DNA of 27,655 nucleotides from Chiloscyllium plagiosum (GCF_004010195.1 NC_057720.1:21879696-21907350); one strand, 5' to 3'. Shown: positions 1 through 9,965, counted from the stretch's first letter. Notes: generated by a model from the letters alone, not told the origin. Numbers and translations: made by a program.

Positions 1-420
1 CCTCCATAACCATTGAACTTAGGGCCACTGGGCGGTAGTCATTGAGAAATGCTGCATGAGTCTTTTTAGGCACAGGGATGATGCTGGCCCTCTTGAAACA
101 GGCAGGGACAGGGGCCTGCTGCAGGGAGAGGTTGAAGATGTCCGAGAAGAATTCTGCCAGTTGATCTGCGCATGCCCTGAGTGCACAGCCTGGTCCCATC
201 GCTTTCCTTGGATTCACATTGAAGGAAAATTGATCTGACCTCTGATGCAGTGACTGTTGGGATAGGTTCTTCAGGACTTGTCGGAATAGTTATTATCTCT
301 CTGCTGAAATTCTGCTCAAGACCGGCATAGAAGGCGTTGAGAAGATCTGGGAGGGATATGTCATCGTCTGCTATCTTGCACCGTCTCTTTTTAGAACCTG
401 TGATGCCATTCATCCTTGCC
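1..420 (-). mobile_element. Rex1/Babar-type LINE fragment, region leading into the reverse transcriptase, frameshifted; runs off the window edge
   Basis: Minus-strand translation gives LPDLLNAFYAGLEQN...[12 protein letters not shown], then after a frameshift [40 protein letters not shown], the typical pre-RT motif of Rex1/Babar LINEs. Right boundary approximate. Confidence 0.8.
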
Positions 421-559
421 ATAATCACGGGGTGTCTGAACTTACTATTTGGGACTGCAATTACTAGAATTATCACTTTTTTTTCCAATTTGAATGGGAA
501 ATACGTAACGTGGATAAATGAGTATTTAATAGAAACAAGTACGTTTTGCTATAAAATAT

Positions 560-1045
560 AGCAGTTTTGGGCCAACTATCTAAGAAAAGATTGCTGGTGT
601 TAGAGGGGGTCCAATGGAGATTCAAAAGAATGATTCCCGGGATGAAGGACTTATCATATGAGGAGTGGTTGAGGACTCCAGATGGAGTGAGTTTAAAAGA
701 TGCCCGTGGTTGGGAAGGGGTGTTGGATCTGATCGAAAATTACAGAATATGGAGAGACCTGGATAGAGTGAACATGGAGAAAATGATTCTACTGGTAGGA
801 GAGGCCAGGACCCAAGGGCACAGTGTGAAAATGAAGGGCTGATGCTTTCGAACTGAGGTGAGGTGGAATTTCTTCAGCCAGAGGATGGCTAATCTGTAAC
901 ACTCATTGTTCCTGAGGGCTATGGAGGCCAAGTTGTTGAGAGAGGTTCGTTTGATTAGTAAGGTGATCGCAGGTAACAAAGAGAAGGCAGACAAATGGGT
1001 TTGAGAAATTTATCAGCTGTGATCAAATGGCCGAATTATGCTCCG
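560..1045 (+). mobile_element. CR1/HER1-like LINE 3' fragment (ORF2 C-terminus plus 3' UTR), degraded
   Basis: LEGVQWRFKRMIPGMKDLSYEEWL...DLIENYRIWRDLDRVN...GEARTQGHS matches the CR1 ORF2 C-terminal consensus (LERVQRRFTRMIPG.K.LSYEERL). Confidence 0.85.
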
Positions 1046-1313
1046 ATACTCTGTTATAAGTGTGTGAGTTTGTATCAGTTTATTGCATCTATATGCCACT
1101 TTTTAAAATGTTTATTAAAATGCTTTAAATTCTCATGTCACACATTGTACAATGTCATTATGTGTAAATAGACATTTAGTATTGCAGTTTAGGACTGTTG
1201 ACTGATTCTGTGGTATGACATTTACACAAGGTATTAGAAGTAGTGAAAATGGGTCAATATTAATCTGCTATCTAAGCAACTGGAGTGTGAATTTATACAT
1301 TTATTGATTCTTA

Positions 1314-1496
1314 TTATCCAATTGACAGTCTGAACTTCCATAAACGCACTGACATTTGACTCAAACTATAAAAATACACTCCTCCAGTGATCCAGTGAAG
1401 CATTGAAGAATTGGTTCAATCCCGAGATTGTGAACACATCACTGATCTCAGTCAAGCTCTTGAATGGGTTATGAAAAAGACTGCTGTGTGCTTGGG
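1314..1496 (-). pseudogene. Candidate terminal exon of a decayed minus-strand gene (family unknown)
   Basis: Strong acceptor TTATTTTCCCTCTGCCTAG| before 1496. Phase-0 frame PKHTAVFFITHSRA*LRSVMCSQSRD*TNSSMLHWITGGVYFYSLSQMSVRLWKFRLSIG*; both internal stops are TGA (CGA>TGA possible). Minus-strand AATAAA follows at ~1300-1305, ~1111 and ~1080. An alternative phase-1 frame is stop-free to 1366. Confidence 0.3.
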
Positions 1497-2429
1497 CTAG
1501 GCAGAGGGAAAATAAATACTTAGTGATTCCTGTTGGAAATTTACATGACACGCAAAGGGCTGAAATGTCACCAGCTCTCTGGGGAAGGTCTGGGATGTGG
1601 AGGTGTCCACAAAATGGCAAAGGATGGTGAGGGGAGTAGACTGTCTGTCATCTTTGCACTGCAGTGCTATCTTCTCAGCAGTGGGGAACTCTCCAGCCTC
1701 CAAACCAATGAGCTACTTAACTAGCCAACTGATGGTCTCTCCCTACTGCCACTGACATTTGACCAGGGACAGCTGCTGCATGGGGAAATCACCTAGCAAG
1801 CGTGGTATGGAGTTGGGCATCCATTTCAGGCACTTTTTGGCTCAGCAGGCCATATACCAACAACGAACCCATCTCTCGGTTTCCATGGACTCCACTTGGG
1901 TGGGAAGGTGACCATCTGCAGTTTTCTGTTCTCCCAGGTGCAGTTCCAGCAGCGACCACCAATCCCAGTGGTGGTGGTGCTGCTGAGTTTGCAGAGCTGC
2001 TGGGCTCTGGGCATGCAGCTCTTCTAGCTGATGCTGACCTTGATAGGATTACATATACTGGGCCATTAGCCTAGTATTCTAGAAGCTCAGGCTAGTGATA
2101 ATACCATGACAGTACTGTCACCCAGTTCCCCCTTCTAAATTAGTTGACCACTGTCTGTAAAATACAACACAATTTATGGAAGTAACTAAAGTAAAGCTAC
2201 CAAACAACCCTTTCATTCCTATTCACACCTTTTAGCCCTGTGAGTGGGAGGTTTATTGTGAGATTGAAATTCTTGCTGACAAATGCAAACAGGATGCAGC
2301 TCTGATTTGTTCGGGACAGGCAGCAGAGGAAAGTGGCCGAGCAGAGGCTGATAGCTAAGTTCGGTACCCATAGGGAGGGCCTCAACCGGGACCTTGGGTT
2401 CATGTCACATTACAGGTGGTCACCATTGC

Positions 2430-2652
2430 ACTACACACACACAGATATTCCTACATACACACACACTCACATATACACGGACACAGGTACCCACACACAC
2501 CCTTACACACACACACTCCCACACTCTCACATGCACCCCCTCACAGACTTAAGACACTCTGCACTCACTACACACATACACACACTTTCTCACACTCTCA
2601 ACCCCCACTCCAGACAGACACACACTCACAGACAAAGACCCACATGCACACA
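2430..2652 (+). repeat. Degenerate (CA)n low-complexity tract inside the Penelope-like element
   Basis: Interrupted CACACA runs; they explain the His/Thr-rich ORFs 2333-2785 and 2416-2667. Confidence 0.9.
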
Positions 2653-3047
2653 TATTTGGTGGAGTGAATTTGTACTTGCAGAGTTACATTGCACTTTGCT
2701 CAAAAACTGCGTACATTCATGTAGAACTCTGAGCTCAAAAACTGCACGAATTTATGTAAAACTGTTACCTCACTCTTTAGATTAGAATCAATCTAAACAT
2801 CAGGTCATAGACAGAGAACACGGGGCTAACACCTTCAACATATTGTCTAGCTATCACCATTGTTAACAGCTAACCCGAGAATGCAACTTTTTTAAAAAAA
2901 GGTTTTGTGATTTACACATGAAAGAAGTGAAACTATCACTGTATTCTAACAGATGAAAGGCTTAACAGACAATCAATTTTTCAATATATAATTTCAGTTA
3001 CATCACACTGCAAAGCTTTGCTATAAATTGTGTTACGATCGAGCCCT

Positions 3048-3092
3048 GCACAATCACCTGATGAAGGAGCGTTGCTCCGAAAGCTAGTGTGC
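3048..3092 (+). ncRNA. Minimal type-I hammerhead ribozyme (Penelope-associated, family A)
   Basis: CAC-CUGAUGA-A-GGAGC-guu-GCUCC-GAAA-GC-UA-GUG: core at 3058-3064, 5-bp stem II, palindromic AGCU in place of stem III, stem I CAC/GUG extendable by GCA/UGC. Predicted cleavage after A3086. Confidence 0.8.
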
Positions 3093-3299
3093 TTCCAATT
3101 AAACCTGTTGGACTATAATCTTGGTGGTGTGTGATTTTTAACTTTGTACACTCCAGTCCAACACCGGCATCTCCAAATCCTGATTTGTTTAAACACTGAG
3201 TTGGCACATGAAGAATGAGTAAAAGTAGCAGAGGCGCTTCTCTCACCTGGTATGGCTCTTAAAAAAAAAGTTTTTTTGTTTTGAAGAATGTGGGGAGCA

Positions 3300-3865
3300 G
3301 AACTCTCAGAATCACAGAATTTCTTTGGTGCTGAAGAAGGCCATTTGGTCCATCGTGTCTCCATTAGTTCTGCAAATGATAGTCATGAGTTGGTGCCATT
3401 CCCCTGCTTGCTTCCTGCAACCCTGCGCTTTATTTCTATTTAAGTAATAATTGAATACCCTCTTGAATGACTTGATTGAACCTGCCTCTATCATACTTCC
3501 AAAGAATCCCTACAGTGTGGAAATGGGCCATTCAGCCCATAATATCCATGCTGATCCTTCAAAACGCAACCCACATAGATCCACTCCCCTGTTCTATTTC
3601 TTTCACCCTGCATTTCCCATGGCTAAACCACCTAGCCTGCACATTCCTGGACACAATGCGCAATTTAGCATAGCCAATTCACCGAACCTGCAAATGTTTT
3701 GGATTGTTGGAGGAAACCCACATGGGCAGTCTCCCAAGAGTGGAACTGAACCCAGGACCCCAGTGCTCAGAGGCAGCAGTGGTAACCATTGAGCCACCAT
3801 GTTGCTTAGGTAATACATTCCACAACCAAACTGCTTATTGTGTGAAAAAGTCTCCTTTCTTGCTC
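3300..3865 (-). mobile_element. Old CR1-like LINE 3' end, split by an HE1 SINE
   Basis: Tail AGAATCACAGAAT...GAAGAAGGCCATTTGGTCCATC at 3308-3352; minus-strand translation IEAGSIKSFKRVFNYYL. The LINE resumes at ~3808 (ACATTCCAC...GTGTGAAAAAG). Confidence 0.65.
3507..3804 (-). mobile_element. HE1-type tRNA-derived SINE, diverged, internally deleted
   Basis: Aligns by eye to the young copy at 18387-18706 (GGCAGCAGTGGTAACCATTGAGCCACC head; GCAATTTAGCATAGCCAATTCACC; ACAGTGTGGAAA tail). Confidence 0.85.
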
Positions 3866-4194
3866 CATGATGGCTTAGAAGCAAAAGAAGCTGAGAGATG
3901 GCTGCCTACCAAGTCCCAAATTGTTAGACCTGGGAAACATTCACTCACGATCTGTTGGTTAACCAGTGCCTGTAAGGGTACTATAGAGTAACCAATCCCT
4001 GCAGCAGTAAGAAAAATCAGGGTATAAATAACGCAGGGTAAGAGAAATGTTCATCACGAACATCTCTGCTTTGAGCATTTGCTCATAGTTAGATGTTACA
4101 ACCTATGCTCAATTCTCGTTTGAATTAGAAAAAGGTTACAGATTCAAGCTACACTCTGCTGATGTGCGAATATTATGGAGTCTGCTCAGTGTGT

Positions 4195-4340
4195 GCTTTT
4201 TGGGTGTTAGAGGAGTCATCTTTCAGTTGAGAAATACATAGGCTCTGTCTGTTGTTGAAAGTTGATGCAGATAGTGCTATAGCATTTCCTGGCCAATATA
4301 TATCTCAATCCATATTGTGAAAGCAGATAATCCCATTATT
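4195..4340 (+). mobile_element. Deu-domain (SacSINE1/AmnSINE-like) SINE relic
   Basis: GTCATCTTTCAGTTGAGA...TCCTGGCCAATATATATCTCAATC...CAGATAATC resembles the recalled Deu-domain consensus (TCCTGGCCAATATTTATCCCTCAA). Confidence 0.5.
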
Positions 4341-4359
4341 GTTCTCTCAAGAGAAAGAA

Positions 4360-4660
4360 AGTGATAAACTCTGGCCCTGGTTTCATTTTCATTTTCTTTG
4401 CAGATTTTAGCATCTGTTATTCTGTCATTGGGATCTCCTTAGACACATCTTTCATTTCTTTACTATTTCCATTGACACAGAGTTTAGTCTTGCATCATCA
4501 ACACTCTCGTCATTTAATCTCTCCTCTACTCTGTACTATAGCCAAATCTTCCTTTTTAATCATTTCTAACCATCTCCCAATCACTTGCTTAAACTTGATA
4601 CGTTTCAAAGTATTTGTAGTGTTAACTGAGCGTTATCTTTGTTTCTCTCTCTGCCCAAAC
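4360..4660 (+). mobile_element. Old Penelope-like 3' UTR remnant with hammerhead core lost
   Basis: Pyrimidine-rich GTCATTTAATCTCTCCT...CTTGCTTAAAC...CGTTATCTTTGTTTCTCTCTC resembles the flanks of shark Penelope hammerheads (from memory); no CTGANGA/GAAA core remains. Confidence 0.4.
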
Positions 4661-4816
4661 TGTGGATTATATCCTGATTTATTAGCTGAGACAGATTGGC
4701 TGTTGCAGGTTCCGGGATTTAAATGTTTTAGTAGGTTTAGAGGTTAACTGAGCGTTATCTTTGTTTCTCTCTCTGCCCAAACTGTGGATTATATCCTGAT
4801 TTATTAGCTGAGACAG
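4621..4816. repeat. Perfect 74-bp direct duplication (4621-4694, 4743-4816) around a 48-bp insert
   Basis: The two copies are identical base by base. The insert 4695-4742 translates DWLLQVPGFKCFSRFR, which resembles the CR1 APE endonuclease. Confidence 0.95.
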
Positions 4817-5924
4817 TAAATGGAAGCTCAATCCAGCTGCTTCTACCTACCTTTAGCAGTTGTGATTCCTGATCCTGGAAAATATTGTTTAAATAATTCC
4901 CAAATAACAAGAAATTGAGTTTTGTTTAAATATTGAATTTGCTGAGCCATCTTTCCAGATTGCATTATAATTTGATTTATTATCATGGGTATTTATTATA
5001 AATGCAGTGAAAAGTGGTGTTTAGTGTTGCCACTCTCTGGCACCATCTTATTATGTGGACTCCAGCAAATCTGAACCTGTTCAGCAGAAAATAGATGCAT
5101 TCATGACAGTTTGGAGGTGGGTGTCACATTTACTGACTTAGCCCTCTTGCTACTGCCCCACCCCATTGATGGGCAGGAGGTTTGCTGGGGGTAGTGTTTT
5201 AAATGATGAATCTGTAACTGTCCACTTGGTTTACGTTCCTGAAATAGAAAGCTAGGAAAAGGGAAAGCTACAAAAATGTGTGCTTAGAAAGAAATGGTAG
5301 CTCATCAGTCTTCTGATGGAATCTACCTCCAATTTATCACCTTCAATACCAATGGGTGTTGCTGTGCATCCATGTGTCTACATGTATTTTTATTGAATAG
5401 ATAGTCTGTTTGCACAATTGCTCATTTTTATTCTGATCAGACTGTTAGTTGTTGTTAAAAAGTGGAGGCTAATTTTTCTGTCCATGCAAGCATGCGGTTC
5501 ATAAGTTTCCTTTTGACTTGGCAAAGCCCCTCAGATTATGGAACCAGAGTGTAAATTAGTTCTAAAATGCAAATGTCATTATTCTGTCTGTGAAATGAAA
5601 AGAATGATCATTCAATTTACTCTCCTCAATAGAAAGTAACCACTGTTAAATTATTTTCTTGTGCTTCCTCATACATTGAAGTTAATCTGCATGGAATTTT
5701 AAAGGCTTATAGAGCTTAATTCAGTTTGCAATTAGGAATTATTAAATCTATTTTCACAGAGGGAAAAGTACAGTTTTTTGGAGACTGCATTGAGTTCTAT
5801 AATTGAACAAACTGATTTCTTTGAGTAATGCGTTGGGTGTTCTGGTAACTGCAGCATTGCTGTGATATTTACCATGATGAAGGAGGATATCCATAAAAAG
5901 AATAGTTTAGGTAGATTCAGATAT

Positions 5925-6105
5925 TTTTATTCAACACTTTTTTCAGAAGGGTTGTAACACATCTTGAACAAGAACCTTCCCGCTAAGAAGTAGGAGCACT
6001 ACTACTGCACCACAAGAGACACCTCAATGAGTGTAGATATCAACAAAAGAGGAATTGCTGGAGCAGGTGTGATTTGAATGCAGATTTTCTGCCCTAGAGA
6101 TAGAG
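5925..6105 (-). mobile_element. Fragments of a short tRNA-headed SINE
   Basis: Minus strand CTCTTGTGGTGCAGTAGTAGTGCTCCTAC is A-box-like (5988-6019); a second piece has a B-box-like ATTCAAATCACACCTGCTCC (6061-6080). Confidence 0.4.
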
Positions 6106-6243
6106 CTCTGGAATACTGTTAATCCTAGTTCATAATTTTAACCAGCACCTGTACCAAATCTCCTGCCATCAATTGTTTGGAATAGCATTGATAAATCAAT
6201 AAATGTGATCAACTGAACTTGGGCCTATCATGAATGTGCTTAC

Positions 6244-6405
6244 TATTATGGCTGTATTTCATGATTCTAAAACTAGACATGCCTGTTTGGCTGGTTACTC
6301 ATTGCACTACAGTGTGGAGGTGAGACAAGGGCATTTACACTGGAACGTCACATGTTGTGATGGCCTGTCTGGAATCTGTACCATATTACAACAACTTCCC
6401 TTTTC
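6244..6405 (-). pseudogene. Candidate 162-nt internal exon of a decayed minus-strand gene
   Basis: Acceptor CTATTCTTTAAAAG| and donor |GTAAGC; exactly 54 codons: EKGSCCNMVQIPDRPSQHVTFQCKCPCLTSTL*CNE*PAKQACLVLES*NTAII (3 stops, each one C>T from a sense codon). Confidence 0.3.
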
Positions 6406-6695
6406 CTTTTAAAGAATAGATACTTTTTTCCGATAAATGTATGAGAATGCACATATATTTCTGATAGACTGAATGTCACATTGTTTTGGCGAAGTGCTGG
6501 TTATTTTATCCGTGATTAATTACCTTCCCTGCCCCAACGATGGCTATCTCGCCCCGTTCTAGAACATCGAACATAGAACATAGAAGAATACAGCGCAGTA
6601 CAGGCCCTTTGGCCCTCGATGTTGCGCCGATCCAAGCCCACCTAACCTATACTAACCCACTATCCTCCGTATACCTATCCAATGCCCGCTTAAAT

Positions 6696-6831
6696 GCCTC
6701 ATTCCTGAAGAAGGGCCTGTGCCCGAAACGTCGAATCTCCTGTTCCCTGGATGCTGCCTGACCTGCTGTGCTGTTCCAGCAATAAAGTTTCAACTTTGAT
6801 CTCCAGCATATGCAGACCTCACTTTCTTCTC
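6696..6831 (+). mobile_element. Penelope-like terminal-repeat fragment (family B) inside the CR1
   Basis: Hammerhead followed by GGATGCTGCCTGACCTGCTGTGC...CTCCAGCATATGCAGACCTCACTTTC; the same unit occurs at 10490, 17214, 19748 and 27490. Confidence 0.85.
6701..6736 (+). ncRNA. Minimal type-I hammerhead ribozyme, fully paired (family B)
   Basis: AUUC-CUGAAGA-A-GGGC-cugu-GCCC-GAAA-CGUC-GAAU: stem I AUUC/GAAU, stem II GGGC/GCCC, palindromic ACGU, GUC cleavage triplet ending at 6732. Confidence 0.85.
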
Positions 6832-7719
6832 GACCAAAACTGCACACAATATTCCAGATGCGGCCGCACCAGAGTCTTATACAACTGCATCATGACCTCA
6901 GGACTCCGGAACTCAATTCCTCTTCCAATAAAAGCCAGTACGCCATATGCCTTCCTCACCGCACTATTTACCTGGGTGGCAACTTTCAGAGATCTGTGTA
7001 CATGGACACCAAGATCCCTCTGCTCGTCCACACTACCAAGTATCCGACCATTAGCCCAGTACCCCATCTTTTTGTTATTCTTCCCAAAGTGAATCACCTC
7101 ACACTTAGCTACATTGAATTCCATTTGCCACCTTTCTGCCCAGCTCTGCAGCTTCTCTATATCCTGCTGTAACCTGCCACATCCTTCCTCACTGTCTACA
7201 ACTCCTCCGAGTTTCGTATCATCCGCAAACTTGCTCACCTAACCTTCTAACCCCTCTTCCAGGTCATTTATAAAAATGACAAACAGCAATGGTCCCAAAA
7301 CAGATCCTTGCGGAACACCGCTAGTAACTACACTCCAAGATGTAACTGCCATCCACTATTCCTGGAACAACTCACCATTCACTCTATCCCCTGAAAAGTC
7401 AGCATCCTGGCACCAGTTACTAACTTCAAAAAGGCTGCCATGCACCCAGACAAGCATTGGTCTTCACCAACAACACAATGGCACAGCAGCCATGAAGCCA
7501 ACTGCTTGGGATACATAGCCAGAATGGCTGACATTCCGTCGCCCAGGCAACCCTAATCTCTACCCTTAGCCACTGTTTAACCACTAGACCACACGGTTTG
7601 CCTGTCCTTAACTCTGTTCTTTTGAAACACGTTCTGTAATTCACTGCTAAACTGCTGTAGACCATTGTTGAGTAGGGGAGTATCACACACAGACAAGAAA
7701 AGAGACAATTCTAAACATG

Positions 7720-8600
7720 AGGTTTTATTTGGAGTCATCAAAAGTTAACACGAGCAAACTGAATAATGGCTGCAGTTTTGCTTCCTGATGTAAACCAATT
7801 ACTGGCTTGGTGACCAATGACTACTTTAGTTCAGGATACTGGGCTGTATGGCTCTATGCTGCATTCAGCTCCCACCTACTGAAGCTTGCCTCTTGCACCC
7901 AATGCTACTGGGCTCTGTCAAGCACAAGGAGAGCTTCCACCTCCCCAATATCCTCATCTTTCTTCTCAGAAAACACATCCTGGTCTTCCAGTCCCTTCGC
8001 ATTTAGCACAGCACTTCATTACCTGTTCCAATTACACAGAATACAACATGCCAGGATGGTGTGGCACACTCCTCCTGGCTTATACGGACGGCCTTCCTGG
8101 ACTGGTCCAGGAAGAAGCAACACATTCTCCACAGGCCTATTGTCTGCTCCACCATCCCTGTAAAAGCATAGGCAGCATTGTACCTGAAATCTGCATCAGT
8201 CAGGGGATGTGCAGTTGTCAACAGCCATGGTTGCAATGTGAAGCCCTTGTTCTCTAGTAACCACCACCTAGGTCCTAAAATACAGCAGGTTCAAGAGATC
8301 GCTCCATGATGTAGGAAACATGGGTGCTGCCAGGGTAGCAGGTACATTTCTGCAGGAAATAGTAATAGTGAAGCCAGATCACCTGAGCGGTTGTGGAATG
8401 GAACCTCTTCCTGCTGATGAATTTTGCAGCGTTGTAATACAGCTCTCAGCGCCATGTAGAGATTGGGGTTGTCTGGGCGACAGAATGTCAGCCATTCTGG
8501 CTCCCTGTACTTGGGTTCCCAAGGCTGCCCAGGCTGCAACATTCACCTTGCCATGAGGCAACAAAATGAACTGGTGTGATCTTGCAAGATAAGAAGTCAT
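7720..8600 (-). pseudogene. Decayed PIF/Harbinger (HARBI1-like) DDE transposase
   Basis: Across frameshifts: GTQVQGA; FISRKRFHS..AQVI; YPGSTHVSYIM; WLLENKGFTLQPWLLT; RYNAAY...VEQTIGLW...FLDQS; YKPGGVCHTILACCIL; then an acidic tail. These match the Harbinger motifs in order (GFP.VQGAID, NRKG.HS, PGS.HD, LLGD.GY.L, YN..H, VE..IG.LK, ACC.LHN). Minus-strand AATAAA at ~7724-7729. Confidence 0.85.
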
Positions 8601-8617
8601 TTTTTTTTAGGGCAGAA

Positions 8618-8725
8618 AGACTAAATGAATCACTTGATACTCAGATCCAACATCAAAGAGTTCTAATGTGTTACACCTCCAGTCCAGGGACATCTCCATT
8701 GAACAAAGGGTAACATGCAATCATT
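8618..8725. repeat. LTR-like repeat fragment; related copy at 13891-14040
   Basis: GACTAAATGAATCACTTGATACTCAGATCCA...CATCAAAGAGTTCTAATGTGTTACAC...TCCATTGAACAAAGGG versus GACTAAATGAATCACTCGACACCCAGGTCCA...CATCAGAGAATTTTACTGTTTTACAC...TCCACTGAACAAAAGG. The LTR class is an inference. Confidence 0.6.
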
Positions 8726-9248
8726 TTAATCATTTGTTTTTAGCTCGCTTTTGTCTGTTACAAACCAATCATATTATTATTTGATTACATCCAATCAGGT
8801 TAATCATGTGACTGAGGTTATTTAGGTCATCCCAAAATCTCATGATGTTTACCAGACCCTTTTATCAATTATCCTCAGCCCTTCACAATACATCTTATTC
8901 AATCACATTCCAGACTTGCCTTCTGCACCAGTTATTCAGTACTCCCCTGCTAATAGGAAAGGGGTTTCTTCTGTCTGCCTTAAAATGACTATCCACAAAA
9001 ATGCAGTTAAATCCTTAATGACTGTATACTTAAATTCCTAATTTTTGATATATAACTTGAGATTACAATTACCAGGAGTTCTTAACTAAAGAAGATCAGG
9101 CCTTTCTCTTCTAACCCATGATCAATACCAGACTTTGGACTAGCCTGGTACAGAGGCTTCTATTAGCACTTTTCTAGGGTGTTCCATATCAAGCTGTCTT
9201 TATACAAACAGCTGTATTTGCTTCTATTTCAAAAGAGTCCATTGTATG

Positions 9249-9470
9249 TGAAATAACTGTACAGAGGCTGATATCCCATCACCAAGTAACCCTTTATTTA
9301 CATTTGTACTGTACATGGACTGTGATAAGCTTCCTCAGAGCCAGTCCCTAAAATGAGGAGAATCTCTTGTTTATATGTCAGTCAGGGCTCCTTGATTGTC
9401 CCAGGTGAACAGCCCCAATGAAGGATTCATAGTCAATGATATCCACCTTGTCCTCATTCCAATCACTACA
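9249..9470 (-). mobile_element. Solo LTR (222 bp) with 5-bp TSD
   Basis: Starts TG, ends CA; GTATG at 9244-9248 and 9471-9475; minus-strand TATAAA-like box (~9370-9376) upstream of AATAAA (~9294-9299). Confidence 0.75.
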
Positions 9471-9965
9471 GTATGCATTTCATGAGACCCTTTGTCTGAA
9501 GGCAACATTTATCTTAGCTTAGAGTTTAACTTCAAACAGCAGATTATAGAAACTGCAGTTTCAGTTAAGAATCTTCTCAGCCATTTTATGTCAACCAAGA
9601 CCCCCAGTCAGCCATTTTACGTTGTCTGAGACCCACACTCAGCTATTTTATACTGTTTTAGCCATGGTCCGCCTGAGTAATTCCCCTTTCAGTTTTGGCC
9701 AACCATGGAAAAAACTCTTTAACTTAATCTACTGCTACTATTGTCAGGACATTTGTTGGTCCCTTACTAGGGCCTGTGTTTTTTTTTCCCCTGTAAGGTC
9801 TACAGGCCATTATTTCCCACATCAGATCCAATACTAGTTGCACACTACTCTGTGATATTATCCTGATCTAACAATATGTATTACATTCATCCCCGCACCC
9901 CCCTCAATCCCATATCTATTTTGTTCATTTCCCATTTCCTCTTTAAGAATGTGCAGTTCCTTTTG

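Larger units (their letters stand above)
2312..3179 (+). mobile_element. 5'-truncated Penelope-like element (GIY-YIG C-terminus, CA-rich tract, 3' UTR with hammerhead) with 10-bp TSD
   Basis: RDRQQRKVAEQRLIAKFGTHREGLNRDLGFMSHYR resembles the Penelope-like GIY-YIG C-terminus. Direct repeat CTGATTTGTT at 2302-2311 and 3180-3189. Confidence 0.85.
6560..7340 (-). mobile_element. Young HER1/CR1 LINE, 5'-truncated, RT C-terminal half in frame, interrupted by a Penelope fragment
   Basis: ORF 6819-7238 SKFADDTKLGG...LQQDIEKLQSWAERWQMEFNVAKCEVIHFG...LYKTLVRPHLEYCVQFWS; 7-bp tandem 3' tail (TTCTATG)n at 6560-6583; CpGs retained. Confidence 0.95.

Noticed and set aside
1314..1496. Selenoprotein reading of the two in-frame TGA codons
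   Set aside because: No SECIS-like element recognised, and the other candidate exons contain TAG and TAA stops.
1700..2090. GC-richer island, also 14540-14945, possibly Harbinger-related non-autonomous DNA
   Set aside because: No terminal inverted repeats, TSD or coding motif could be shown.
2333..2785. 150-aa His/Thr-rich ORF as a novel gene
   Set aside because: It is the Penelope-like C-terminus reading into a CA microsatellite.
4621..4816. CRISPR-like repeat-spacer-repeat
   Set aside because: Only two 74-bp repeats, eukaryotic context, no cas genes; better explained as a local duplication.
6751..7172. Plus-strand ORFs of 113 and 120 aa
   Set aside because: Antisense shadows of the CR1 RT frame plus the Penelope tail.
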